NCBI GenBank assembly: GCA_903813345.2 | Contig: CAIIXF020000001.1 | Coordinates: 4,030,001-4,094,000, forward strand | DNA length: 64,000 nucleotides | Source of the DNA: Owenia fusiformis | Taxonomy: Eukaryota | Direction of reading: 5' to 3' | Part shown: positions 12,701 to 27,700 of the stretch, one piece after another | Numbering within the stretch: position 1 is the stretch's first letter | Layout of the letters: each line of letters opens with the position of its first letter | Position numbers and translations under genes: made by a program | Notes under the pieces: generated by a model | Told to the model about the DNA's origin: nothing | Database searches by the model: none | The model's input: only the letters and a program-made list of their open reading frames with translations

Positions 12701-15700
12701 AATAATCAGCCAGTTGTTTGAGAAAAATTCTTTAAAAGTTTTTAAAGTCTGCTTTGTTAACAAAAATGGTTGGTGAAACAGATTATGTCAGTGTATGTGT
12801 AGCATTTATTGCAAATTTTAAAGTTGTTATAGTTACATTCTTACCTCCACAATCTAATATGAATCTATAGAATTGTATATTGTTAATCATGTTGTCCTCT
12901 GTCTTGTTGTTTGCAGTTATATGTACACCGAGGTATGGGTGTTGCCAACAGTACTGGTAGACAGACTTTGTAAGAGGAATAGAGAGTCCAAACCCACTCA
13001 AGTCAATGGTCACTGTGCTTTTCATACCTATTTCAGCCTAAAAGAAATGTTCAAATAGGTAAAACGACTGTTTTTATTTTATTCAACAAAAATGTGTTTA
13101 TGTTGGTTGTACATCGTTTCAGATCACTATGATGATAGATCAAACTTGGTAACAAATTTGCATCATCCCAATAATTTCAAAAATCTCACTGCATAATTGA
13201 AGAAATCAAACTGAAAGGATAGTTAATCTACTATCTAACCCAAAGCTAAACATTATTTGCCAGGATAATCTCTTACCTGTAAAACCTTGAGTTGCTCTGA
13301 ACTCATTTCCCCAAATGGTAGAATGAGATCATCTCCCCCAAATATGGGATCATTAGACAACACAAACATCATATCAAAATTGGTATCTAGTCCTGTTTTC
13401 TGAGGAAACATTGCATTCCCAGTGGTTGTGACAAGTATATCTATGGTATATGAGAGTTCCTGACCAGGCATATAAGTTCCAGCTTGTAAATTGTCTATGG
13501 TGAACTTCTGCAATTTGATGTCTATGGAATCATCTGTAATTCAGAGGATATCCTGTTATTCATGAGGGATATCAAGTTGTCACTGTGTAATCCTTACTAA
13601 AGCAGCCGAATGACAGCCATTCATCATTTCATGTGTTATTGTATACAAAAGTTGAGATTCCCACAAAACAAGTGCACACACTTGTAATAATAAATGTTTA
13701 AATCAGTATTCAAATTTTCTTGAATATTCATTTGAATCCTGGATTAGAAGGATGTACATATTTTCAAAGTACTCGATCAGAAATGTATTTTCCTAACTCA
13801 CCATTACACTGATCAGGGCGCATGGACACTCCAGTAACATAGGTATTAATATCATTGAAGTACTCACCATTACACTGATCAGGGCGCATGGAAACTCCGG
13901 TAACATAGGTATTAATATCATTGAAGTACATGTACTCACCATTACACTGATCAGGGCGCATGGACACTCCGGTAACATAGGTATTAATATCATTGAAGTA
14001 CTCACCATTACACTGATCAGGGCGCATGGACACTCCAGTAACATAGGTATTAATATCATTGAAGTACATGTACTCACCATTACACTGATCAGGGCGCATG
14101 GACACTCCGGTAACATAGGTATTAATATCATTGAAGTACTCACCATTACACTGATCAGGGCGCATGGACACTCCAGTAACATAGGTATTAATATCATTGA
14201 AGTACTCACCATTACACTGATCAGGGCGCATGGAAACTCCGGTAACATAGGTATTAATATCATTGAAGTACTCACCATTACACTGATCAGGGCGCATGGA
14301 CACTCCAGTAACATAGGTATTAATATCATTGAAGTACATGTACTCACCATTACACTGATCAGGGCGCATGGACACTCCAGTTACATAGGTATTAATATCA
14401 TTGAAGCACTCACCATTACACTGATCAGGGCGCATGGACACTCCAGTAACATAGGTATTAATATCATTGAAGTACATGTACTCACCATTACACTGATCAG
14501 GGCGCATGGACACTCCAGTAACATAGGTATTAATATCATTAAAGTACTCACCATTACACTGATCAGGGCGCATGGACACTCCAGTAACATAGGTATTAAT
14601 ATCATTGAAGTACTCACCATTACACTGATCAGGGCGCATGGACACTCCAGTAACATAGGTATTAATATCATTGAAGTACTCACCATTACACTGATCAGGG
14701 CGCATGGACATTCCAGTAACATAGGTATTAATATCATTGAAGTACTCACCATTACACTGATCAGGGCGCATGGACACTCCAGTAACGTAGGTATTAATAT
14801 CATTGAAGTACTCACCATTACACTGATCAGGGCGCATGGACACTCCAGTAACGTAGGTATTAATATCATTGAAGTACTCACCATTACACTGATCAGGGCG
14901 CATGGACACTCCAGTTACATATGTATTAATATCATTGAAGTTATCTTCATTTGTCTCATCAACCTGTAAAAGTATATCTACCACTGCTGCCACCTTTATT
15001 TGACCAGGGTAGTTACACAAGTAGAGATGTTCTAATTGTGTGATGACAAAGCCAGAGTTAGTTTCTGGGGCTGAAATAAAATAAACATATACACCTACAG
15101 TACTGGGAAAAGTTATAGAATAACTCCCATATCCACTTATTATATTATTTTGAAGTTAGACAAGGCGTTTCCATGATAAAGGCATTTCCTTGAGCAGATT
15201 TCTACTTCATGTAAAATGTTACTTTATAACAATTTTATTTCTGTTGTAACAGGTTTATACCTGAAAGATCTATGTCCCTTGTGGCTCTTGTTTTCTCATT
15301 GATCACATCCATGTGTACTGCAGTATCGAAGAAAGCACCCTGTTGGATGCCACCAGCTTCCAGAATGAATAGGAAGTCAAACATCATTGGTTGATCATTC
15401 GACTGAACTCCCCATCCACCATCTAGACCTGAAACATTTTGTCGAATTGTTATGATTCAGCTTTGTCTCTGTAATTTTTAAAGAAGCATTTTTGCTTCAT
15501 CAAAAGTCAATTTAGAAAAGCATGCCATCTTCCAATGAATTTAATGCATTGAGATAACATGTACATTAAATAAAAAATTGGGGACCTCCCAGCAAGCCTA
15601 AAGGCAGTGGTTATTAAATATAATATGCCTATCCAAAATATGCAATTTTTTCAGATGTTATGTACTCAATGCATGATGTACAACATACCTGATACCTTGG

Positions 15701-18700
15701 CCCTGACTGCAAAGTTATATGGATTGAATCCAAACACAAGATCTCCTGACACCAGAGAAAAGGGTTTGTCAGGACTTCCCAATAAATCAGTGCTGTCTAA
15801 AAAACAATGCCTTAATCAATACTGTATTAAAACTGTCACTTTCATTGTCACATCCATTGATGTATCTTGTATGTGTTTGTCACCAAAAGAGTTTAGTTTA
15901 TAAGTAGAGTTTATAAGTACAGGAGTTACACTATCCATACTGTAGGTTACCAGTAGTGAGATCTCCCTCAATTACTCCATATTACAAGTATAAATATTAT
16001 TCCATGACTTTACCATCTTCACAGTTGACTTCCACGCTAACACTGTAGACATTATTGTCGAACACTGCTTCCACTACATTATTGACATAACTACTGTGAC
16101 CCAGGCGCACTTCAAACACTAGCAAAGCATAACTAACAAGACTGTTGTGGTCTTCTAAGATAGGATCTATTGATGCCTCACATGCTGTTGTGATGTCTAT
16201 CTCACCAGACACACTGTAAAATGGCATATTACAATCATATATTGCAACGATACCACATTTCTTTGATAGAGTTCATAGGGCATTGTGGAATGGCTTTAAA
16301 GATGTTGACAACTCAATCTTTTTTTGGCGGGATCATAATATAGACTTACTTGAAAGTTGTTGCAGACCTAGCTGGTATGACATCAACATTAAATGGTGTC
16401 CGTCCTTTTGTGAAAAACCATTGCTTGGGTGACACATCATGATGCAATTTATCATCACTATTTTCATTAGTGACATACACCTAGAAAAATTGACATGATG
16501 TCAGGGTTTGTTCTTTGACCTATTATAACTAATTTGCTCACTGACTATTGATCTGCTTGTTTTTGTGTCTTCTTCTGAATCTTATATTGTTTCTTGCTCA
16601 ACAGGAGGGGTCATTTAACTGTCAAATTTAGATTAATTTTTATCAATAAGGAAAGAGGAACTAAGGTGTCATTGTGATGTGTTTCCAATTAGAGTTGAAG
16701 CTATTTTATTTTTTTCAAGAATTCTTCATACAACTTAAATGAGTTGAAGACATTATATTTTTTCAAGAATTCTTCATTAAACTTAAATGTGGACAAAATG
16801 TGTGGTATTTTAACAAGTGCCATGCATTTCAAAAGTTTGTATATGGTTTGTAAAAGCTTTCAAACCTTGATAGTTAGCATTAAACTTCACTACAATTTGC
16901 ACACTACACCTTGATATCAAAAGGCTGATAGAATTCATCTGCTATGAGGTCCATTTCTAGTAGATTGATAAGGGTGAACTCAAGGTCCAATAATGCAGGT
17001 GCTTTGTGGAAAGGATTCAGAGGATACACAGCTTCATTTGTCATATCAAATACATCTGCAATGCAATGTTATGGTGTAAAGAGATTTAGTAAGTAATTTG
17101 ATTTGTACAGGTAGGCAACTGATTTAAGGGTTGTGTAAGTGACATTTAGAGTTAGAGATGTACAAGTTGTTTAAGTGATAAACATGTGTAAAGTAAGATA
17201 TAATGTACATCCTTTTTTAACCAAAGATTACTATACTTGTACTAGTTCATATGTTTTACCATAATGGTATGCTTGACTAGTCATAACCAATGGGACATTG
17301 CCAAGATTAGCTAGTTGGTCCATTTTGATTTAGACACACAAATTGAGAAAGTCAATGTAATGTTTAGTAACAGATGTCAAAGTTGAGTATGGAATCTTTT
17401 AATCCATGAACTAAAAGGAGAAAATAGATGAATTCGTAAAGGAACCTACAGCTGTATCTATGTTAGCATACTTACCATGTAAGCATAGAAGATCAACAGG
17501 TAGTGGATAAACATTGTTATATTCTGAGGTTTCCTCTATCCACTTCTCACTGTCTACAACTGCCAAGAGGTACACCCTGCCACAGAGTCCAACATCCAGC
17601 ATGTATGGGATGTACAACAGCTCAAATGTACTGTCCAGTATCAAAGAACTTGAACCCGTGAATACACCATCAGTGTAGACTCTTTGTAACAAACCCTTAT
17701 AGTCCATTGCATAGTCTTCATCATCTAGAACCCTATCTAATGACACATAAAACTGAAACTTGAATAGTTGTTCATCTTCTTTGCCCAGGGACATTCCCAC
17801 TGGAACGTTGACAGAGACCTGGAGGTTAAATGAATAGTGATGGCCCAGGTGGATGTCCTGCAGGGATGTTTGGTGTGGGGATGTATGGTGCAGTGATGTT
17901 ATACTGAACATGTCCACACGGATATCAGGGGCACTAGAGCTGCAGCGTAGCATGCTAGATATGTCCAACACATAAAAGTTGTTATTGGGAAACATGTCCT
18001 TCGTATCTATGGCAACTCCAGGGTTAAGCATAAGGATTAAATATGGCAGAGTGCATGCCCCTAGAGGCACATTTACAACCATTTCTCCATCAATCAAGAG
18101 GTCCTCTTCAATATATCCACTAAGAGCATCTTTAATGTAGTCGTCTGTTTCAACAATAGCTACCTCCGAGTCAGTCTTATAGCTTAGATATTTATCCTCA
18201 GACAGGTAAAGATTCAGTTGAATATTGGCTCTGTTGTCTATAGTTGCGATAATTGGTTCACCATATTGATTAATATGTGCACTGATATGTACTTGAATGT
18301 CAACATCACTATAAAGGAAAGGTACAAGTGGCTGCAGGGTGAACCCTGTCAACTGAAATGTGTCACCATCGCATGGTATAAATATGGGAACACTCTGTAC
18401 ATTCTTCACCAAATTTGGATCAATCACAGTCAATGACTTCAAATTCTCTAACTTGGCAATAATATTCACTTTTCCACAATACTTTTTATATTGTTCATGT
18501 TCAAAGACATTTATCATCATGTTATCTGCACCTATGTTTAGTACTACAGTATCCAACATCTCATCCAAGATACCTCGTCTTAAGATGCTACTCTGTGAGT
18601 CTGTGTATTCGTAGTAGAGCTTGGTGTCATCAATACTGAGGTGGGAGTCTAGACTCAGATAGAAGTACAGTCCAATACTCAAGTCTTTACGGTCTACTAC

Positions 18701-21700
18701 AGATGCTGCTGGGATTTCACCTGAATACAAAAACAGAACAGCCCTGAGGTAGGAGTCTATATTCAGACATAAGAACACTCCAAAACTAAAGTCTTATATA
18801 TGCTGTAGGATCGAGAAGGTGGTTATGTTGTGTTTTAATTCACCATTGTTATTTATCTTTGTTGAAGATACATGTATGCATTGACATGATTGAATGAAGT
18901 GTGAATTTTGTTTAATAGATTTAGAGCTGGTCTGATTCTAAAAGCACATCTATATGTCCATAACTTTGCAACAGTAAATGACTCATTTTGTATATGTGGT
19001 GCTAAACAGCATACAACACATCACTTTTTTTTAAACTGCCCTCTGCTGCAACAAGAAAGATGCACTCTCCAAGCAGGACTAAAAACCTTAGGATTTCTCA
19101 ACAGTTTCCAAAACTTAAACTCCAATGAAAACCTAATCTATTGTATTTCCATTATTTGAAGTTTGATATGTTTTGTATATTGCCAACAATGTTGAAAAAC
19201 ATTTGGGTGGCAATCAAATATAACAGTAGAAATGTAGTTAAAATGTCTTCTAAAATATCTATTTGAAATACTCTGTGTATGACAGTTACAAAACTCTAGG
19301 CAACACTAACTAGTAAAGGGACAACACCCCAACTCAGCTACATGTGAGTGAATGCTATTATATGGAATACAAAAACAGTATGAAACAATCACACCATGAA
19401 AAGCTAAAAAACTGGTTTAAACAAAGGAAGCTCAAGTAGAAAGTATACAAAAGAAATGAAAACATTGTAATTAAATATTTGAAACTGGTGTAAAGTAATG
19501 AAGGGACCTGTTAAAATGACATGGATGGGGATTGGTCAATATGAATAGAAGAAATATAAACAATGTGAAAATGGCCATGTTACAATTGTATTTTTATATA
19601 TTATATTATTATTATTCAAATTGTATATGGAATAAATGAGAAATGAAAAAAAGTCTGTTCCACTATTCACCATACTCTAAAAAGACAATTTTAACATCAT
19701 CAACAATTTTAATTTCATCTAACATGTATGTAAAAAGAACAAGTATGACAGATCACAGCAAATGGGTATACATGCACATTTGCAAGAACACATCTAGCTG
19801 TTTATTTCATTGTCAAACTAACCTCCACCAAATTTGTGAACAGACATGTCAAGTTCATAAGCAAACATTTCTAATTTTTCAATCTTTTCTTTGTAGTTCT
19901 CCTCAAGCTTGAACCCACTGAGGGACAGATCAACCTGTTGCTCCTGGCAGTGAAACATGGACTTGTCCAGTGGGTATTGAACAATGTCATTTCCGGTGAA
20001 AAGTGACAGCTCAGGGGTGTTAGGTTTCAACCTCCAGAACATGGTTGGATTAGACCAGTCTGCCATGGCATCTTGACACATTGACATAGTTGGAATCTGT
20101 AGTACACCTGTACAAAAATACACCATACACTGATTAACTGGTCTGGTGGTTTATCGTTCAGAATATACTTCCCTCCATTGTAATAAATTCTCTGAACTTT
20201 CTTATATTATATATTATATCATATTATATATAGCTTTAAAATGTACCAAATGTAAGTGATTGTTTACCTGCTAGCATTGAACTTTTCACTTTGGCTCTTG
20301 GTGCTATCATTCCCGGGTACTCATACACTTCACTGTCTTCATAAACATTTGTCTTGACATCCTCATCTTCATCCAATATATCATCTAAGGAGAAAAACTG
20401 CTCCAACTGCAAATATAGAATGAATGGAAGGTCTAATACACCAAGCAACAGCCCTAGATACTTAGTGCTATTATACATAGAACTCTCAGGATTTCATTTA
20501 TTTAGAAATGACAGGTTAAATTATCAAAATATTATAATTACAAATGAAACAACTACATGTATACAGAGCCAGTGGCTCAATATTACAAAACATGTACCTT
20601 GTAAAGCCAAGAATCTGCAGAGATTGTTGAGTATCCGAGATTCTGTACTTCAGCCGTAAATTGGACTTCATTCTCAGACAGTGGCCACCAGGATTCTGGC
20701 CATTGTACATTCTGAATGTCCACTAACGTAAGCTGGTCATCTTCAATAACATTAAATCATGCAAATATTAATTTAGCAGAATAACCTAGATGATCACTGA
20801 TAATATAACTTAATGAATCATTTGAAGTGGAATACAGGATATATTCTGCTTAAGAAATTCTGTATTTGAACGAGACGAAAACATTTTTATCGTGTGATCC
20901 TCTGTATTGCTACTGAGAATGTCCCCTCCGTACCAATATTTTCTGTATTGCGACGGAGATGATCAATGGGGAAAAATCTCAGTAGCAATACAGATTGGTA
21001 CAGCACAAGAACTGACCAATCAGAAGGCTTTATTTTACAGATCATACGATAAAAGAAAATATTTGTCAATTATATGGTGCCAGAAGTGATTATTGTTACC
21101 TGCACAAATAATATTTATATGGTGTCTGAAGTGATTATTCATTTCATTCATATCGTCAACTGTATCAGGTAGAAACATCACTTTTACTTCCATCAACCTA
21201 CATAATAAAATGTAAGAACATTAATATGAAACACTAATACTGTTATGTGTGTTGAAAAGGTCAAGTCACAAATTATGATCATATGCTATGAAATGAGGAT
21301 TTTTGTCAAAAAACTAATTAGTAACGAAGTAGTTTAGCTGTCATGTATTAGGTTCCATTTACATATGTTTGATGAAATATTCATGAATTTGTATCAGCCT
21401 GTTTTAAAGGTAACACCTACCAAGATTTTCCACAGAAGCTCTGTATTCCTGGTATATCAATGGGTGGTATATTCTCCAGATTCAGTGGACTAACATGTGC
21501 CTGACCAGGCTCAGAGATAGGTGCAGTCAAGTTAGCAATGAAACCATCCACCCCATTGGAGTCATACCTTATCTCAACACCTAAAATTAACAATAGTGTA
21601 TTAAACCCAGGTCTATATTAACTCTGAAGCACAGAGGCTTCTAGTAACTATTACAGTGGAGATGAAGGTCTCTAAAGAACCAATGTCTAATGCTACATTT

Positions 21701-24700
21701 ACTTCACTCACTCGTGTTGACGTGACAAGTTGATGAAAATAATATAACTTAAAGTGAACTGATATTCTATATTTGTTCCATGACTCAAAGGTCATAGTGA
21801 TCTAAAATAGGTGAGCATCTACAGTAGTAGATCACTATGATAACCACATCTGTAACTTTTGATTCCTACATATAATATGTTATATGTAAATCCAGTGCTC
21901 TCAAAGCACTCTACAAAAAACAGAGACCATAACAAAATGTCACCACTTTTTGGTGGTGACATAACAATCCCGAAATTGTACCAAAAATGTTCACCCTAGA
22001 TGGGTTTTAGTGTACTACATAATCATTCATCACAATAATCTTTTCTGAAGTAACCTATACCACCCACCTTCATCCTGTCCTGTACCATCATATAGTGTTA
22101 CACTTAGATATATGTTCTGCAGTGTATCATTGAATGCACTAGGCTGTAGACCTGGCCCTACAGTAACCAGATCAACAGCCAATTCAAACTCTAACTGGGA
22201 ACCTGACGTAGCAACGGCGGAAGCCTCAAAGTCTCTCATAACCAGATCAAACCCATCTACAGTTAAAGAATAAAGGATTTATTTCTAAAATATTTCAATA
22301 GATAATTGAAATATGAGGTGAATGGTTACATTAATATAATCAACAAAGTACTGTAGGATTATAAAACCTGTTCTGTAGGAACATTACTTTTCAAAAAAGA
22401 TTGTGGCTACATGAGAGGAGATTCTTCACCAGATGTAGCCACCAGATAAATAAAAAACAGTTTTATCCTTATATGGACTTAACTAGCCTGAGACCAAGAT
22501 GTTAGCATTAAAACACTACCCTATGAATATCTTAGATGATAAAGCTCTCATTTAAAAACATATTGTTAAGGGTAAGAATTAGTCACCTGGACAGTTGGCG
22601 ACGGTTATTTGTACATGCTTGATGTTGTTTGCTTCATCCGTCTCCCACCACTCCCCATAAGGATCAAGGTATATACCCAAATACACCTAAAACACATACA
22701 GAACTACAGACAGATGAATAGTAAAAAATGCATAGCCTAAAAACAAAATTTTTCATGGCACATATCCGGATGGAGGTTAAGCTTTGCCTCAACTATTAAA
22801 ATTTGCCTCTCTGAAGATCTTCGCTAGCCTCTTTAATTTTCTCACCTGCTGCCCACAGAATTTCATCAATGGGTCTTTGGGTAATTGAAAGCTGACTTGA
22901 GTAAATTGATACACCTGGCCATCAATGAAATCTTTTTGTTGCATTTCCTCAAGATCTGTCTCAGTGAAATTGTACCCAATGTCGATATCATTTCTGTCGA
23001 TGGTGGCATCCTCTAGAAACATGGCCAGTAAATGCATTATAAGAACTGATACAGCCAGGCAGAAAAAATTGATGTCCATTGACAAGTTTAACATATTGGA
23101 AATACATGATTTGACAATTGAAAGTAATAATAATTTTGTGGTTGAAAGAATTCTACATGTTATATATGATGGACCAAGAAACTGACAAATGGAGGGAACA
23201 ATGTTGTTGTCTATTTTACCAACAAATGAAAAACATTTTGCCCCAAAGTTTACCAATGTGATCTTGTTTATAGGTGTTACTGACCAGAGAGGTACATCTT
23301 GGCCCCTATAAGTGGCCCCTCAGCAGGGATGTCTGGAACTGTGTGCGGTATGGTGACACCTACATTAAACAACAGGTAGAGGATAGTATCCCGATTCATT
23401 TCAATTTGGATATCTTCTAGCTGACCATCTAGTGAGAAGTCTGACACAAAGAAGTCAATTGCGGCTGAAACATTGAATAGGTTCATGTCAAATGACAACT
23501 GCAAATGCAACCTGAATATAATTGCTGTATTGGAAAGGTCAGAAAAGCAAATACAGTGAGCAAAACTGCTTCACTACACTTTTTGATATCTGAAATATCA
23601 CAAACATGGATCAAACCAATACATAAAATACAGGGTTGACAGAACTCTTATTCACTATGCCCACCCTGTATTTTAAAACATAATATTCAAGTAATTTCGT
23701 TTGCTCATACAAAATTCTGGCAGGTAAAACTGTTATCATATCTGTCCTAGTTGGGAAAATAATCAATCAAACAAATACATATATTCCAGTATACATACCT
23801 GGATTGCAGTTTAACTCAAATGGCTGAATCCTGATGTCATTTTCAGTGATTCCCCAATTCCCATTGGCCACTTCTTCACTGTCTCCAGGCTCAAGGATCA
23901 GTCCAATATACATCACCTGACTGCATGTGTAGATGTTGTCAAAGCTGAACACTCCAGCCATTCTCAAATGCTGGGAATTTCCTACAAGAAATCCTTGTTC
24001 ATATACTCCTGATACCAGTAAGTATAATTTAACCTATTATTATTTTGTGAAAAATACCCGGTACGAGAAATTTTGGATAATGGAGTGCCTTATATTTGGC
24101 ATCATGGTGTTAAATCCTGGAATATTGTCTCACCTGGTTGCAATGTAAAGTCAGTCTGTAATCCAGCCAGAGGTTCAAATAGAGTAAATGTATCACCATC
24201 TCCTTCCATGTTCACAACCCAACCAGCATCTATTCTACCAGGGTTCATCATATCTACTTCATTGAATTCACTGTCATACAGCTTAAATCAGAAGACAAAC
24301 TAGAAAATGCCAGTGGTGGGGGAAATGACTGACAGAAGGACAGGTAGACACATGGGCCAGAAAGGAACTACACTGTACATAGGCTCATCATATGAGCCAA
24401 ATGGATGACGAAGGATTGGAGAGATTTTTTAAAAATAAGAATGTCCTGGATTTCTTTTTTAATAAAATGAATTCTGAATTATAAAACTAAGACTCACTTT
24501 CAATAAAAAGTTGAAATGAACAGGAAAAGATACTGTAGGTGAAGTAGCTGCAGTTGGACAATTAGCGCTGAATGGACATCTTACATCAACATTTATCTCC
24601 ATTCTGAAGAGCTCCTCTTGCCAGGGTTTGGTTGTTGACAGATGGTACTGGAAGTTTGAGGTGTAGAACATATCTGGAAGAAAATACACTATATATCGAA

Positions 24701-27700
24701 TTGAAAGTAATATTCACATACACATTAAGTCAGGGTTCATACAATCTTTTAGAATGATATTCTCTAAAGCAGCAGTCTGGATGACAATTCAGGCGACACA
24801 TTGTCAAGTTGGATATTTGGTCTAAAACAAGGGGTTTTACTGCATCAGTGTTAGAGGAGACAGTGAATATACTGTACTGATTATATATAGTGATACTAAC
24901 CTCCTGTGCAAACTATAGTGAGAGGAGCAGCCTGCCAGTTATTCCCCTCATCTATCTCCTTAACAGCAGTGCCAGAGTCTAGTACAACTATGACATACAC
25001 TTCACCACAGAACATCTTATCAGTGCTCTCTGGTATAACTAGACTAGTGTAATCATCATAGCTGAAAGAAACACAAGACTGTGGACACCACATGTGCAAT
25101 ATACACAGCATTCACATTAACATTTTATAAGAAGTGGGATTTGACTGAAATTGGACTGAATGTATCTTAGATATTGAGAATTCAAAATTGGATTTTAAGT
25201 GTTGGTAAACTCACTATTTGGTGCTAAGTAACTATGGATCAAATTCTATGCAGTTTATTTAGGGATGGTGCAAAAAGGTCATATTACTCCTCAATGGGAA
25301 TCGAACCCCCAACCTCCCAACTACATGTCAGAATGGGCTTACAATTTGAGCTATAGAGCAACCTGCCCACATCAACATTGCATATGTATGACTTACATGC
25401 CAAGAATCATCAGATATCCTGTTGTCAATGTCAAGCACACTTAAAAACATAAATGCATTTTGGATAACCATGTACTGTATTATCATACCTGCTGAGGTCT
25501 AAGATAGTGGACTCTGAAGGGGCCATGATGAAAGGTTTGTTGCTTGGCACTGTGTACTCAAGTGGACTGTCCACCAAAGCCTGGAACTCATCATCAAGTG
25601 ACAGCCAGAAGGAATACTTAAAATATTCTGGAATCAGAAGAAATTATATGCTGAATTTATGGTATGAGTAAACTAAAGTATTATATGAAATAAATATAAT
25701 TTATAATGAAATTGGTGCATTTTGATTTTCTTCCCTCAGTAGCTTACGAGTCTTCCATTACAAGAGCTAGACTTTGTTGACCATATGCAATCAGACAATA
25801 ACATCAGAATTTTTTTGGCTTATAACTACATGTAGCTTACGTTTATTGCACATTCCGAAATTCCTACTAAAATGCAATGAAAAATACTTAAACATTAAGA
25901 TGTTCCGATCTTAACATCACAAACTTAATTGAAACAAGCAGACACTAGCATGTGGCTTGCCATTAAGTACTTGTAAGCCAAGTCCACTAAAACAGGTGTT
26001 ACAATACACACATGTCCAATACACATATACCAAATGAAAACCTGGTAACACCAGTAAAATCCTACCTTATATAATATCCCCTGTTAACTTCCTAAAATCT
26101 AAAATTCTAGATTTTACATATTGACATGGTTTGACTTACCTAGTTCCTCATCACTGTCATGTGTAAGCTGAGCAGCCAAAGAGAACATGACAGTCTCACC
26201 TAAGTCAACTGGACCTTCCATAGAAAATGACTCTACATACAAATCAGTGGCATCTGAAACAGAAGTTGGGACCTCTCATTACTTGTCAGAGATTACAGTA
26301 GGTAGCTATAGATCTAAACACCTCTCGAATCTGAACACCTCCCAATGTGAACAATTTTTGGTCCAATTTTCTATTTTCCCTCGACTACCATGCTAATACC
26401 TCCAAATGTGCCAGTCTTGGCCAGTCCCATTGGGATTCAGTTTACAGAGGTTTTACTGTATGTTCAAGATCAGAGAAATAGTCAAGATTTGGAACACAGT
26501 TACACCTCAAATAAAGATGGTAATAATTTATATTCGGTTGAAATATTTACTGTTCTATTACTAGTTTGTGTAGATGACTGGGAAATTGATCATTACAGAC
26601 ATGAAACGGCCATGATTTGTATTTGGGTCACTCACCTTGACATAAAAGATTCAATCCAGTGGGATAGTAGTTATTCTCTGTGTACTCTTCTGTGGTAAGA
26701 TGGTGGCTCCCAGGCAGCACACCCACTATCATATAAGAATAGGCCATGCAGTCAGTAGGGTTCACAGTCAGATCAAATGTCAGTCCTAACATCTCAAGAG
26801 TCTCATCAGGCTTTAATCCACGCTGGGCCTGGAGTGCTCCATCTGAAAACATTGAAGGAGATGACTAATTATAGCTGATTAAAAGATGTTTTCAGACCCC
26901 CAATTTTGGCCAGCACTAAACTGTACAAGCTCTTGGTAGATCTTAACGAGTTGAACTATTTAACATTGTTTGACATGTATTTTTACAAAAAGTCCCAAAA
27001 ATTTTATATATCATATGCCATTGTTGCTTTGGCAACCTTACACAGACATGACACCGCAAATCTACATTGGGTGCCATAAAAGAGCAACAGTGAGGTCTCA
27101 AGGTATGGTATAACATAAAAGGTAAAATGACAGTACCTTTTGGGACTCGAACATTGACAGTTAGTACTTTATCTGAGACATCAAACTGATTATCTCTAGA
27201 CAGTGCCAAGACATAGTAGATAGCGCTACAGTTGATACAAGGAGCAATGGCCTGTGTCCCTGAATTCACAATAGATAGATCTAAGGTCAAGGTCACAGGG
27301 GTATTCTGCCATATGAACTCTGGTTGTTGTAGGCTAGCTGAGCGCAGGGCAATCATATCTGGAATATAATAGAAAATACATTAGCCTAGCCAGATGTGGA
27401 GCATCTACATTTTTTCAAGGACATGAAAAATGATATATTGGTGTGGAGAGTTATGTTTAACAAGTAATTATATTATGTTTGGATTAGACAAGTTTTACTT
27501 TTGATTATAGGTGAGTGCAAAAGTGGAACTGTCTATGATCAGTTAATAAGGATACCAGTTCTTTAACTCAAATATAGGAAGAACTGCTCTACCTTGATCA
27601 GAAATTAATAAGCGTCAAGTACAACCATATAACTTAGGATAGAATACAATGTATATTGTGACATACCTTTATTACAATTCACATACACTGGAACATTGGC

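Noticed and set aside
13793-14884. Alternative-frame ORFs MVSTSMILIPMLLECPCALISV
   Set aside because: Shadow frame of the donor array; it is interrupted by a stop and unit variants are non-synonymous in this frame.
13797-14940. CRISPR array
   Set aside because: The units are contiguous with no unique spacers, there are no cas genes, and the context is a eukaryotic exon-intron junction.
23629-23670. Tiny TA-CAGGGT...ACCCTG-TA element
   Set aside because: The inverted match is only about 8 bp; it may be a Tc1 remnant but is too short to support.
25286-25358. Functional tRNA gene
   Set aside because: A- and B-box-like motifs are present, but the cloverleaf stems do not pair convincingly.
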